This document shows, piece after piece, positions 20,510 to 30,347 of a stretch of DNA of 64,000 bases (the stretch's first letter is position 1; every line of letters starts with the position of its first letter). The notes below the pieces were generated by a model. It saw only the letters and a program-made list of their open reading frames with translations, was not told the origin of the DNA and ran no database searches. Source of the DNA: Bacilli bacterium (GTDB lineage: Bacteria > Bacillota_I > Bacilli_A > RFN20 > CAG-826); contig JBGUMU010000031.1 of the NCBI GenBank assembly GCA_045116995.1, positions 6,108 through 70,107 of the forward strand, read 5' to 3'. The position numbers and the translations under genes are program-made.

Positions 20510-20763
20510 CCAATAACTACTTACCTATGCAATTAAGTTATGGAAAAAAAGAAAAACGATAATATCAACGCCAGCAGAAAAGAAAATAAGATAACGTTCT
20601 TTGCTGCACTCATAGTGTTTATTATGTTCATTCTTCTTTTTGTGCTGGTACTACTTTTAAAAGTCTCTGAAGTGTTTTAACAATAATTGCCAAACGTAAA
20701 GCACTTGATATCAATCGAAAGTTTGAATAAGCAACAAAACAATACTGAAAAAAACAATAAAAG

Positions 20764-21810
20764 ATGTTTAGATTTGAAGATAATATAATAATCTTAGTAA
20801 CAGGTGGAGCGGGTTTTATTGGTAACTGCTTCTGCAAATTATTATTAAAAGAAAGACCAGAATGGAAAGTAGTGAATGTTGATTCATTAACATATGCTGC
20901 TAATCCAAATACTATTAAAGAAGAATTAAATAATCCTAATTATAAGTTCTATAAGGCTGATATCAGAGATAGAGAAGCAATATATAAGATATTCGAAGAA
21001 GAAAAACCAAATATCGTTGTTAACTTTGCCGCGGAATCTCATGTTGATAGATCTATCTTAGATCCAGAATCATTCTTAACCACTAATATTATTGGTACAG
21101 AAGTATTAATGGATGCTTGTAGAAAATATGGTATTGAAAGATATCATCAAGTATCTACTGATGAAGTATATGGTGACTTACCATTAGATAGACCAGATTT
21201 ATTCTTCCACGAAGATACTCCATTACATACATCTTCACCATATAGCACATCTAAGGCTAGTGCAGACCTTCTCGTTTTAGCGTACTACCGTACCTATGGT
21301 CTACCAGTTACTATCTCTAGATGTTCTAATAACTATGGCCCATATCAATTCCCAGAGAAGTTAATTCCATTAATGATATATAAAGCCAACCATGACCAAA
21401 AACTTCCAGTTTATGGTAAAGGTATTAATGTTAGAGACTGGTTATATGTTGAAGACCACTGTAGAGGTATTCTCGCAGTCCTAGAAAAAGGAAGAGTAGG
21501 GGAAGTATACAACTTAGGTGGTCATAATGAACGTAATAATTTATATATTGTTAAGCGCATTCTTTCTGAGCTTAATAAACCAGAATCATTAATTGAATTT
21601 GTAGCGGATAGACATGGTCATGACCAAAGATATGCAATTGATCCAGAAAAGGCCAATAAAGAATTAGGCTGGGATCCAATTACTACATTTGAAGTAGGCG
21701 TTAAGAAAACAATCGAATGGTATCTATCTGAAAAAGGTTCTGCTTGGCTAGATGAATGTATGAAACAAAACCAAGAATGGTTAGATAAGAATTATAAGAA
21801 TAGGAAATGA
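20764..21810 (+). CDS. rfbB: dTDP-glucose 4,6-dehydratase
   Basis: VTGGAGFIG, NFAAESHVDRS, YSTSKASADLL, DQRYAID. Length 348 aa. Confidence 0.92.
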   Translation: MFRFEDNIIILVTGGAGFIGNCFCKLLLKERPEWKVVNVDSLTYAANPNTIKEELNNPNYKFYKADIRDREAIYKIFEEEKPNIVVNFAAESHVDRSILDPESFLTTNIIGTEVLMDACRKYGIERYHQVSTDEVYGDLPLDRPDLFFHEDTPLHTSSPYSTSKASADLLVLAYYRTYGLPVTISRCSNNYGPYQFPEKLIPLMIYKANHDQKLPVYGKGINVRDWLYVEDHCRGILAVLEKGRVGEVYNLGGHNERNNLYIVKRILSELNKPESLIEFVADRHGHDQRYAIDPEKANKELGWDPITTFEVGVKKTIEWYLSEKGSAWLDECMKQNQEWLDKNYKNRK

Positions 21811-21866
21811 TTGCTGTTTTATAAATAAGGCGTGCTATAAAATCGCTGAACATATGTAGATGTTTA

Positions 21867-21905
21867 AAAGCGGTGTCTGAGTAAATCGGCACCGCTTTAT
21901 TATTG
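21867..21905 (+). terminator. Intrinsic terminator after rfbB
   Basis: AAAGCGGTG ... CACCGCTTT 9-bp stem followed by a T-rich tract. Confidence 0.6.
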
Positions 21906-21996
21906 GATGACTGGCAACAAGCAAAACCTTGGCAATCGGTAAATATTTAGCTAGTAAAATATCGATTTATTGAGTATTCAAATTGTGCTAAAATAA

Positions 21997-24900
21997 TTGA
22001 AAATTACAATACTTTTTATGTTTACTAACACACCATTGATTGAAAAGCTTAAGGGCTCATATAGAAAGTTTAAATCTCAAGTGTATTTTCAAAACAGCCT
22101 TTGTTACAAGAAAAAGGAAATAGCATTATTTGAAGACAAAATTGATTCATTTGAAAGCGCTTTTAAAGAATTAGAAGCAGCCATTTCTTCAAAAGACATA
22201 AATTATTTCAAATCATTATTTGAGAGAATAGATACATTTATTGTTCCTAAAAAGATTAACGAAAAGAGCAATGATCCAAGCCTAATCGAAAATAAAAACA
22301 CTATTGAAAAAGTAGAAATTAATGAAGTAAATTTTCACTTTGATTCACCGATTGAGATAAACATTCTTGATGTTTTTTACACTATAGAAGTTGCGTCTTT
22401 TTTAAACAGCAAAGGAATTCTTCAAAATGAATGTTGGTACGCCAATAAATTTCATCGTGATTTGTTTGACTATGATTCAGAGCCGAATTATAAGAATTTA
22501 AACATCCATACATATTATTTTTCTCAATATAAGAAATGGAAAAACGATGCAATCTATTGTTCTGAAAAGCTTTACAATAGTAAAAAAGATTCGAGTATCA
22601 TCTCTTTAGATATCACCGGATATTATTATTTTGTAGATGCAAATATTGAGAAGATACTTTTTGATTGTGGAATCGTATTACCAGATGAATTGACATTTTT
22701 AACTAAAGTGATGCAAGAATTGTTCAATTATTATTCGGCATTAGTTTGTTCTTATAGAATTGATCTTAAAGGAAGGGTTTTTCTACCTATCGGTTTGAAT
22801 CTATCTTATCTATTGGCGAATCTGTACTTGTCCAGTTTTGATGAATTAGCTAATAAAATATGCTCTCATTACGGGAGGTATGTCGACGACATCATTATGG
22901 TAATAGACAATTGTAATTACACTGATTTAAAACAATTTGCCAAGGATTTTCCGCTTATTTTTAAAGAAGACAGTAATGGCGATGTTGTGTTAACCAGCTT
23001 CCCATCACTAAGAATAAAGAAAGACAAGTTTAGAATTATTAGGAATTATCATGATGGTTCTTCTGAAATTTTTACTAAATTGAAAACAGAAGAAAGGACA
23101 ATTAGTGAATACAATTTGTTCCCAAGCTTCAGCGCGAATGTAAACTCAATTATTAATGATATTTATGAGAAGCAAGAATACATCAAAATTAGAGATTTTC
23201 ATAAAATTCAAGTTGACCAAAGCAAAATTGGCAAAACGATTAACGGCCTAATAACGGCAACGAAAGGAACCAAAATCAAAAATAAGGCATCGTTTAATCG
23301 CTATTCAAACAATCTTTTGGAAGCTCTTTCACCATCAGCGATTGTCCTAACCTGTATGAAAATGGAAAGGCTTCTTCTCCTTTTTGGATATCTAGAGAAC
23401 ATGAGAGCTTTTAGCAAACTTAAAAGCAAAATAAGAAAAACGATAAAACATATTAAATTTTTACCAAACGATTACACAAAGACACTATATGGAGATGGAA
23501 GGTCTAAAAATAAAAAGACGATAGAAGATAGGATTAAGCAATCTTTACAATCTTTATTTGAAAACGCCTTGTGTTGCTTCGGTGCATTGACAGGCAACGT
23601 GAGAATTGCTCAGGAGGTATCTCCTGCTGTAGTTCAAATGTATAGGTATTCGAACCTATTTGATCTTGCTCCTGTAAGATATCCTCTAATCAATTTTACC
23701 GACTTAACAAAAGCCAACCTTGATTATAGAATTATTAATTTCCAAGTATTTGTGGATGCCACTATGCAGGGCTACAACTCCTTTCAGATTCAGTACTCAC
23801 CATATTACTTGAATTTGAATGACTATTTGTGGGCCATGGAGACATCAGAACTAGTAACTACAGGCAAGTATGATATTGAAACGCTGTACAATTCTTATTA
23901 TGAAAAAATAGGAACATTTTTTGATGAATATAAAGCAGAACTTACTTTTAATATTGATCAAAACAATCGATACAAATTAACCACAATTACGATTAATAAC
24001 AATCCCCTTTTCTTTAATATCTCTACTAATCCTAATAAGATTGCGATTGCAGTCGGTTCTATTAATTTGGATATGATGGATATAACTTATAAGGAAAAGA
24101 AAAAAAGAAATCCAAAGACTCTTTTAAATGTAAAAGATTTAGGAAGCGAAGTTAAGAGTGCTGTTATTAGATTATTGAATGATTCTTATTACAGAGATTT
24201 TAAGAAAAATAGAGATAATTTAAAGAAAGTTAACGTTCAAGGTCCTGTTGAACAAGAGAATCCTGAGAACATAGAAAACGAAAAAAGACCAGTCGATTAT
24301 ATTTTATTCCCTGAATCATTTTTGCCACTCTCGTGGATTAAATTGATTGACAAGTTTTCAAGGGAAACACTCACTACAATAGTTACTGGCATCCGGTACG
24401 TTGTCTATAAAGGCGCAGTATTTAACTTGGTCGCAACGGAAATACCTTATTTCGACCAAAATATGCACAAGCAATCTTTGATCGTTATTAGAGATAAAAA
24501 CATTATGCCTCTCAAGGAGAGAAATATACTTCATGATTCAGGTTATATAATTAAAGACAAGGATGTTTACGATTATGTCCTTTTCAAGAAAGACAATGTG
24601 AATTTTGCACCCCTTATTTGCTATGAAGCAACAGATATTGATGCCAGGTCATTATTCAAAAACAAAACGAACTACATATTTACGATAGCCTTTAACCAAG
24701 ATGTTAATTACTTCAACAGCATAGGTATGTCAACTTCAAGGGACTTGTTTTGTTTTTACATCGAGTGCAACTCTTCAAAATTTGGTTCCACAGCATATGC
24801 GCCGTATAAAAACAAATACATCCCTATTGCTTCGGACAAGGGAAATGCACGCGAACATATGCAAATTGTCTTTACTAATCTCAATGCATTAAACGAATAT

Positions 24901-25026
24901 AAAAAAGGGTATTTTGATGCATTGGCTAATTATGACAACTACGATTTCACCGACGAAGATCCAAACGCTAAACCAGATAAGAAAAAAGCAATGTTTAAAA
25001 AACCATCTGCTGGTTTGGTAAAATAA
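21997..25026 (+). CDS. Defence-associated reverse transcriptase fused to a C-terminal nitrilase (C-N hydrolase) domain (UG/Abi class, DRT1-like)
   Basis: RT motifs LDITGYYYFVD (A), LPIGLNLSYLLANLYL (B) and YGRYVDDIIMV (C, YVDD at 22879-22890). Nitrilase triad context KIAIAVGSIN, ILFPESF (Glu), IRDK (Lys), LICYEATD (Cys). ATG 22018 is the more likely start than TTG 21997. Confidence 0.85.
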   Translation: MKITILFMFTNTPLIEKLKGSYRKFKSQVYFQNSLCYKKKEIALFEDKIDSFESAFKELEAAISSKDINYFKSLFERIDTFIVPKKINEKSNDPSLIENKNTIEKVEINEVNFHFDSPIEINILDVFYTIEVASFLNSKGILQNECWYANKFHRDLFDYDSEPNYKNLNIHTYYFSQYKKWKNDAIYCSEKLYNSKKDSSIISLDITGYYYFVDANIEKILFDCGIVLPDELTFLTKVMQELFNYYSALVCSYRIDLKGRVFLPIGLNLSYLLANLYLSSFDELANKICSHYGRYVDDIIMVIDNCNYTDLKQFAKDFPLIFKEDSNGDVVLTSFPSLRIKKDKFRIIRNYHDGSSEIFTKLKTEERTISEYNLFPSFSANVNSIINDIYEKQEYIKIRDFHKIQVDQSKIGKTINGLITATKGTKIKNKASFNRYSNNLLEALSPSAIVLTCMKMERLLLLFGYLENMRAFSKLKSKIRKTIKHIKFLPNDYTKTLYGDGRSKNKKTIEDRIKQSLQSLFENALCCFGALTGNVRIAQEVSPAVVQMYRYSNLFDLAPVRYPLINFTDLTKANLDYRIINFQVFVDATMQGYNSFQIQYSPYYLNLNDYLWAMETSELVTTGKYDIETLYNSYYEKIGTFFDEYKAELTFNIDQNNRYKLTTITINNNPLFFNISTNPNKIAIAVGSINLDMMDITYKEKKKRNPKTLLNVKDLGSEVKSAVIRLLNDSYYRDFKKNRDNLKKVNVQGPVEQENPENIENEKRPVDYILFPESFLPLSWIKLIDKFSRETLTTIVTGIRYVVYKGAVFNLVATEIPYFDQNMHKQSLIVIRDKNIMPLKERNILHDSGYIIKDKDVYDYVLFKKDNVNFAPLICYEATDIDARSLFKNKTNYIFTIAFNQDVNYFNSIGMSTSRDLFCFYIECNSSKFGSTAYAPYKNKYIPIASDKGNAREHMQIVFTNLNALNEYKKGYFDALANYDNYDFTDEDPNAKPDKKKAMFKKPSAGLVK

Positions 25027-25141
25027 TATAACACCCATTGAATATTCTGTTTTTGCGCATATTCCTATATCTATTTTATAAATACGTGCTATGATTAGGC
25101 TGTAACCATCATATACGTATAATTAGAATCAATAAATTTAT

Positions 25142-27283
25142 TTGGTTCAAGGGAGACTTTTTAATCGTATGAAGAAGATAAATCTTTTTGTTACCACTCT
25201 TGTGGGTATTTTAGGTATCTCTCTTATTGGGTGTAGTCCTAAATTACCAACCACCCAATATGAGAAAGTTAAATTTGCCTTTAATGGTGTGGAGAAATCA
25301 TTCAAGAATAAGAAAACGTCTAAAGGGGCAATCTTGTTACCTAAAGCTAAACTAGGAGGATCTAATATATCTCATGGTTTAGATGTTATCTATAGCTACT
25401 TTAGAGATGACGATATTCAAGATAATTTCTTAGAAGAAGTAGAATACAATCAACCTCCTATGGTGCAGTTCCAATACCTAAAGAAAGTATTGGAAAAAGT
25501 TGGAAGTGGTTATGAATTTGGTAATAAATACTATGACACTATTAATGGTGAGATGTATTTTGATGTTGAAACAGGCTTTAAAAGAGAAGGTGAACAGTAT
25601 AAATACAACTACACCTTCACTTTAGGAATGGATATCAACATTGATGATAATGATTTAATCACCGCAGATATATCATTCGATATCAAACTTAATAAAGGTA
25701 ATGAAGAATACAATACCAAATGGTATGTCGCTATTGAGTTAGATTACGATATGGCTAATAACTCTCCTAATTATCAGATGACTATGGTCACTGAAAATGA
25801 TGAAAGAGAATTACCATTCTATGGTAGATATACATATGAATATGACTATGTAGAAGTCAAAGATAACTCCATCAAAGAATGGAGAAAGTTCTGTATGGAC
25901 AATGACCATAGATTAGTGAAAGACTCTACCCATACTAACTTCAATTCATATGTTGAAGAAGGATGTGAATATAAAGTAGATGCTTGCTCCTGGTATAAAG
26001 ATGGCGTCTTCCATAAGAATAAAAGAACCAGAGCACAAGGTGATGAGGCTAAAGCTGTAGGCGAAGCATTATTCACTGATTTAGGACTAAACGCTAATGA
26101 GATAGATGCTGATAAATTCTTTAATAAACAAGGCACACAAAATAGTGTTATCAAAACCTGTTATCAAGAGTTTAATAAAATCGCTAAAGAAGATATTATC
26201 TATGACCTAGTTTGTAAAGAAGAGGGCGATCACGGTGAGATAGAAAAACAACCAGCAGGTATTAGAGCGATGAATGGTGACTTTTCAGGATGGGGAGATA
26301 ACTATCAAGTTCCTGGTTCAGTAACCATTGGTCAATTATTTAATGGCTTTATAGATAACTATGGTGACAAGATAGTATTACATCTATGCTATGTTGATGA
26401 AGGTGGTGGCCTAATATCTGAAATCACTGATTTAAGAGCATTAAGATATTATGTTAAATCACAACGAGGTGAATACTATACTGAAGCGCATCTAGATGAT
26501 ACATTAGATGATGTGATACAAAGAGGTAGTTTCCAAGATAGAGAATTAACCATCTTATTCGTAGATGGTGATAATCTTAGTGGTGCTATGAATTTCTATT
26601 ACGCTGGTGATTTCCAAAATAATAACTATACTGCTCCTACATTCCCAGAAGTATTAAAGAACTTAGGAGTTCCTGAATATGAAGGTGAAAGATATACCAT
26701 TCTTGATAATAGTGTTTTAGATAAATCACCATATAAATTAGAAATAGGAAACACTGATGGTAATGAAGAAGCTAACTATAGAACTAAACTATTAAAGAAT
26801 GGTTTTGAAGTTACTGAAATATTTGGTTATAGAGAATATAAGAAACAAGTTAATACAAAGATAGTTGTTATTAGTATCAATAACGCTCAAATTGATAATG
26901 GTTATTTAACAATCACCATTAGTGTGGAAGATGCCCCAAATGTATTAATAGTTAACTCTATCGCTTTAGTGGGTTCATTTAATGACTGGCAAGTAGATAC
27001 TAATTGTGCTGAATTCACAAAAGTATCAGATACAATTTGGAGATTAAACGAACTACACTTATCCCCTGGTGAGAAATTCAAAATTGTTGTTAACCATGAA
27101 TGGGGTCAACGTGGTGGCTATGGCTATAACGATATTGTGCGTATCGATGAATATAGCAAACTATTAACTTCTGAAGGTGCAGAAGGCAATATCAAAGCCA
27201 ATGTAGCGTGTGTCCTTACTCTTGTTGCAGAAGTAAATGGTGAAAACGTTCTCTTCTTGCTTGAAGACGCACAGCAAGAATAA
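25142..27283 (+). CDS. Large surface lipoprotein with C-terminal CBM48/E-set-like glycan-binding module; function unknown
   Basis: Lipobox MKKINLFVTTLVGILGISLIGC (likely start ATG 25169). The C-terminus LVGSFNDWQ...W.L..L.PGEKFKIVVNHEWG resembles the AMPK-beta/CBM48-type fold motif. Confidence 0.55.
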   Translation: MVQGRLFNRMKKINLFVTTLVGILGISLIGCSPKLPTTQYEKVKFAFNGVEKSFKNKKTSKGAILLPKAKLGGSNISHGLDVIYSYFRDDDIQDNFLEEVEYNQPPMVQFQYLKKVLEKVGSGYEFGNKYYDTINGEMYFDVETGFKREGEQYKYNYTFTLGMDINIDDNDLITADISFDIKLNKGNEEYNTKWYVAIELDYDMANNSPNYQMTMVTENDERELPFYGRYTYEYDYVEVKDNSIKEWRKFCMDNDHRLVKDSTHTNFNSYVEEGCEYKVDACSWYKDGVFHKNKRTRAQGDEAKAVGEALFTDLGLNANEIDADKFFNKQGTQNSVIKTCYQEFNKIAKEDIIYDLVCKEEGDHGEIEKQPAGIRAMNGDFSGWGDNYQVPGSVTIGQLFNGFIDNYGDKIVLHLCYVDEGGGLISEITDLRALRYYVKSQRGEYYTEAHLDDTLDDVIQRGSFQDRELTILFVDGDNLSGAMNFYYAGDFQNNNYTAPTFPEVLKNLGVPEYEGERYTILDNSVLDKSPYKLEIGNTDGNEEANYRTKLLKNGFEVTEIFGYREYKKQVNTKIVVISINNAQIDNGYLTITISVEDAPNVLIVNSIALVGSFNDWQVDTNCAEFTKVSDTIWRLNELHLSPGEKFKIVVNHEWGQRGGYGYNDIVRIDEYSKLLTSEGAEGNIKANVACVLTLVAEVNGENVLFLLEDAQQE

Positions 27284-27309
27284 AAAACAATTACAACAAT
27301 ATGAATATG

Positions 27310-27336
27310 GCACCTCTTTTATCGGAGGTGCTTTTA
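27310..27336 (+). terminator. Intrinsic terminator
   Basis: GCACCTC-ttttatcg-GAGGTGC followed by TTTT. Confidence 0.65.
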
Positions 27337-27407
27337 TGTTATATAGAGTCAATGTTGGCCTATATCACAATTGAACGATATTTCTTAATAATATAAAATA
27401 TTAACAA

Positions 27408-30344
27408 ATGAAATGCCCGAAGTGTGGTTCTGAGTCCCTGACTTATTTAAAAAAGAAAGATAAGTATTTTTGTGATGATTGCGAATTTGTTTTTTCTGCA
27501 CCAACTGAAAAGAAGAAAATATTCTTAAGCTACGGGCATGATGCAAACGAAACTCTAGTCAACATGATTAAAGATAGACTAAATGATAAGTTCGATGTAT
27601 GGATTGATAAGTCAAGAATCAAAGGTGGCGATGACTGGAGAAGAATGATAACTGATGGGATAGTGGCTAGTGATGGTGTTATCGCTTTCCTAAGCAAACA
27701 TTCAACAAGAGAACCAGGAGTCTGCTTAGACGAAATAAGAATTGCACTCAACATCAAATACGGAAATGTTTTGACTGTTTTATTAGAACCGCCAGAAATG
27801 GTTAAAGTCCCTTCTACTATAGGATGGGTTCAATATCTCGATTTTTCGAATTGGAAAGAAGAATATAAAAAAGAATCTTTCCATTCATATTTTGATGCGA
27901 AGATGGAAGAACTGCTATCGGCCCTTAACAACGATTGCTTTGCAAATTTTAAGGGTGAAATAGAAGAACTACAAAGGTTGCTAACTCCTAATTTATCGCA
28001 ATCAAAGGAACAGATGCTCCTTAAGAGTGATTTTTATGGACGTGAATGGCTTTTGAACATAGTGGAAGAATGGCGAAAAGATATGTCCAGCAATGTTCTA
28101 TTTATATTTGGAGGGGCGGGTTTTGGAAAGAGCTCGTTTGTTTCACACCTCGCGCACTATAAGTATGAAGTCCTTGCCACAATGTACATAGAATGGGACA
28201 AAGAAAACCAAAGATCTCCAATTGAGTTTATTAAATCTCTTGCTTTCAAAATTGCAACAAAACTGCCTGATTATAGAAAACACCTAATTGATTTGCTGAA
28301 TAACAACTCTAATATATTTTTTAACAACCATGGGATAAGTGATTTGTTTGAGGAATTAATAGCAAAGCCACTTAATAACCTTATTGATGGTGAAAGAGAT
28401 AAGGCTGTGATTTTGATTGATGGTCTGGACGAAGCTTCTGATGAATGCACAAACGAAATTGCGTTTCTGTTAGCCAGAGAACTAACAAAATTACCAAAAT
28501 GGATAGGTATTATTTTGACATCTAGACCAGATGAATATGTGAGTGTCGCGTTTAAGCAATACCAGTCAATAAATCTCAATAATTATGTAGAAGAAAACAA
28601 TGGCGATATCCAATTATTTATCAATGAAAAACTATCTTCTTTCGAAATTGATAAAGAGACAAACGATTTACTACTTAAAAAGATAAATGGCAATTTCTTA
28701 TACGCTTCTTTATTAGTTAATTCATTAATAGATAAAACCTATTCTATTGATAATCTTGAAGCCCTTCCAAATGGACTCGAGTCCTTCTATTATCAAAACT
28801 TCCGCAGGTTCTTTCCAAATCAGAAGGATTTTGTTCAGACAAGAAACGTTTTAGAAGTTGTTACTGCATTATCTGATATTCCTAGAGAATTGATAATGAG
28901 AATCCTTGATATAGATTCTTACACACTAAAAGATATTCTCAAGAAGTGTTCCTCTTTCTTGACTCCTATTTACATTAGAGAGAGCGACTTCACAGTTATT
29001 TCTTATGATTTTTGCCATAAATCCATTTCTGACTTTTTATGTTCAGAAGACAATTGCGATTACTATGTTTCTAAGGCTGACGGTCTAAATAGAATACTAA
29101 ACTATTTCGTTAAAAACATATGCTTTGACAAACAGTATTTTGACAGCAAAGAGAAATACTTTTCCAACTATATTTGCGAACACATCTGCGATTTATTTAT
29201 CGACACAGGCAAATTTGATGAATTGGTTTGTTTCCTCACTCAAAATGAAGTACCACTGTTTCCATATTTTTTAGTCCTTGAGAAGCTCCCTTCTTCCGTC
29301 AATATTAGTCCTGCATTAGAATATCTTTGGAATCATAAGTTATTCATAGAATTCTTAAGAAAAATCCAAAGTGAAGGGAGAGTAAAAACTTTAAAATTCT
29401 TTTTCCGACAATTCCTACAAACAAAAGATATTGAAGAGTTCAACGCTGATGTATTTGAAATATACATAGACACAATCCACCTCAGCGGTGATTATGAACG
29501 AGCCGTTGGGGATTATGAAAAATATCTATCACGATTTGATTTTGAAAATGTGATGAAGGATAACAGATTATCTAGGTTCTATATTAGGATGCTTCATCAT
29601 AGTATGTTTTTTAAGGATTCAAAAGGTCTTCTAGAAAAAGCAAAAGCAACACTAAATTATATTTCACAAGAATCACCCAATTATTTAGAATTACTATTTT
29701 TGATCGGAGGAAATTTGGGCTGTCTGAACGGAGATTTTGTTAATTCTAAAGAATATTTACTTACTGGCTATGATTTTGCTCTTAGAAGCGGGCTTATCAA
29801 CGAAACAAAAAGATTTGTGAGAAAACTATGTGATGTTTATCTATACGAACATGATTTCGATGCCTCTTTAAATCTAATTAACAAACACTTCAGCGCTGAC
29901 AAAATTAAAACAAGGTATGATGTTTATTTACTTGGAGTGTTATCAGAAATCTATAGATTGAGTAAGAATTACCATCAATCCATCTATACCTTAGATTTGC
30001 TAAAAAAAGAATGTGATAATAGAGGGCTATTAGGGTGGAAAGCTCACGAAATGATAGGTAGAGCGCTAACTTTAATAAATGAAGAAACATACAAAACTGA
30101 TGAGATATTAGAATGCTTGAAAGGTGCTAGAGAACTATATAATAAATTGAATCACTATTGGGGCCTCGTGAATGAAGCGATTGTTAGAGAAATAGTCAAG
30201 TTAAAAGCCAATTGTGAAATAGATAATGATTTGAGTAAAACTCTCGAAATTGCCACCAAAATGAATTACAATTATGAAGTAGGCATTATTAAGGAATTAC
30301 TTAATAAACACATTGATGAAAACTACCATTTGTTTTATTTGTAA
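27408..30344 (+). CDS. Zn-ribbon - TIR - STAND (NACHT-like) NTPase - TPR-like repeat protein (bacterial TIR-NLR / Avs-bNACHT class)
   Basis: CPKCG..x..CDDC ribbon. TIR: IFLSYGHD...DVWIDK...GDDW...VIAFLS...GVCLDEI (Glu109 at 27732-27734). Walker A FGGAGFGKSS, Walker B VILIDGLDEA. Helical-repeat C-terminal half. Confidence 0.85.
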   Translation: MKCPKCGSESLTYLKKKDKYFCDDCEFVFSAPTEKKKIFLSYGHDANETLVNMIKDRLNDKFDVWIDKSRIKGGDDWRRMITDGIVASDGVIAFLSKHSTREPGVCLDEIRIALNIKYGNVLTVLLEPPEMVKVPSTIGWVQYLDFSNWKEEYKKESFHSYFDAKMEELLSALNNDCFANFKGEIEELQRLLTPNLSQSKEQMLLKSDFYGREWLLNIVEEWRKDMSSNVLFIFGGAGFGKSSFVSHLAHYKYEVLATMYIEWDKENQRSPIEFIKSLAFKIATKLPDYRKHLIDLLNNNSNIFFNNHGISDLFEELIAKPLNNLIDGERDKAVILIDGLDEASDECTNEIAFLLARELTKLPKWIGIILTSRPDEYVSVAFKQYQSINLNNYVEENNGDIQLFINEKLSSFEIDKETNDLLLKKINGNFLYASLLVNSLIDKTYSIDNLEALPNGLESFYYQNFRRFFPNQKDFVQTRNVLEVVTALSDIPRELIMRILDIDSYTLKDILKKCSSFLTPIYIRESDFTVISYDFCHKSISDFLCSEDNCDYYVSKADGLNRILNYFVKNICFDKQYFDSKEKYFSNYICEHICDLFIDTGKFDELVCFLTQNEVPLFPYFLVLEKLPSSVNISPALEYLWNHKLFIEFLRKIQSEGRVKTLKFFFRQFLQTKDIEEFNADVFEIYIDTIHLSGDYERAVGDYEKYLSRFDFENVMKDNRLSRFYIRMLHHSMFFKDSKGLLEKAKATLNYISQESPNYLELLFLIGGNLGCLNGDFVNSKEYLLTGYDFALRSGLINETKRFVRKLCDVYLYEHDFDASLNLINKHFSADKIKTRYDVYLLGVLSEIYRLSKNYHQSIYTLDLLKKECDNRGLLGWKAHEMIGRALTLINEETYKTDEILECLKGARELYNKLNHYWGLVNEAIVREIVKLKANCEIDNDLSKTLEIATKMNYNYEVGIIKELLNKHIDENYHLFYL

Positions 30345-30347
30345 AGT

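Noticed and set aside
25142-27283. The lipoprotein as the Tm partner of an RT-nitrilase-Tm type system
   Set aside because: The known partners, as I recall, are small TM proteins. This is a 700-aa secreted lipoprotein with a carbohydrate-binding-like module, separated by more than 115 nt and having its own RBS. The linkage cannot be supported from sequence alone.
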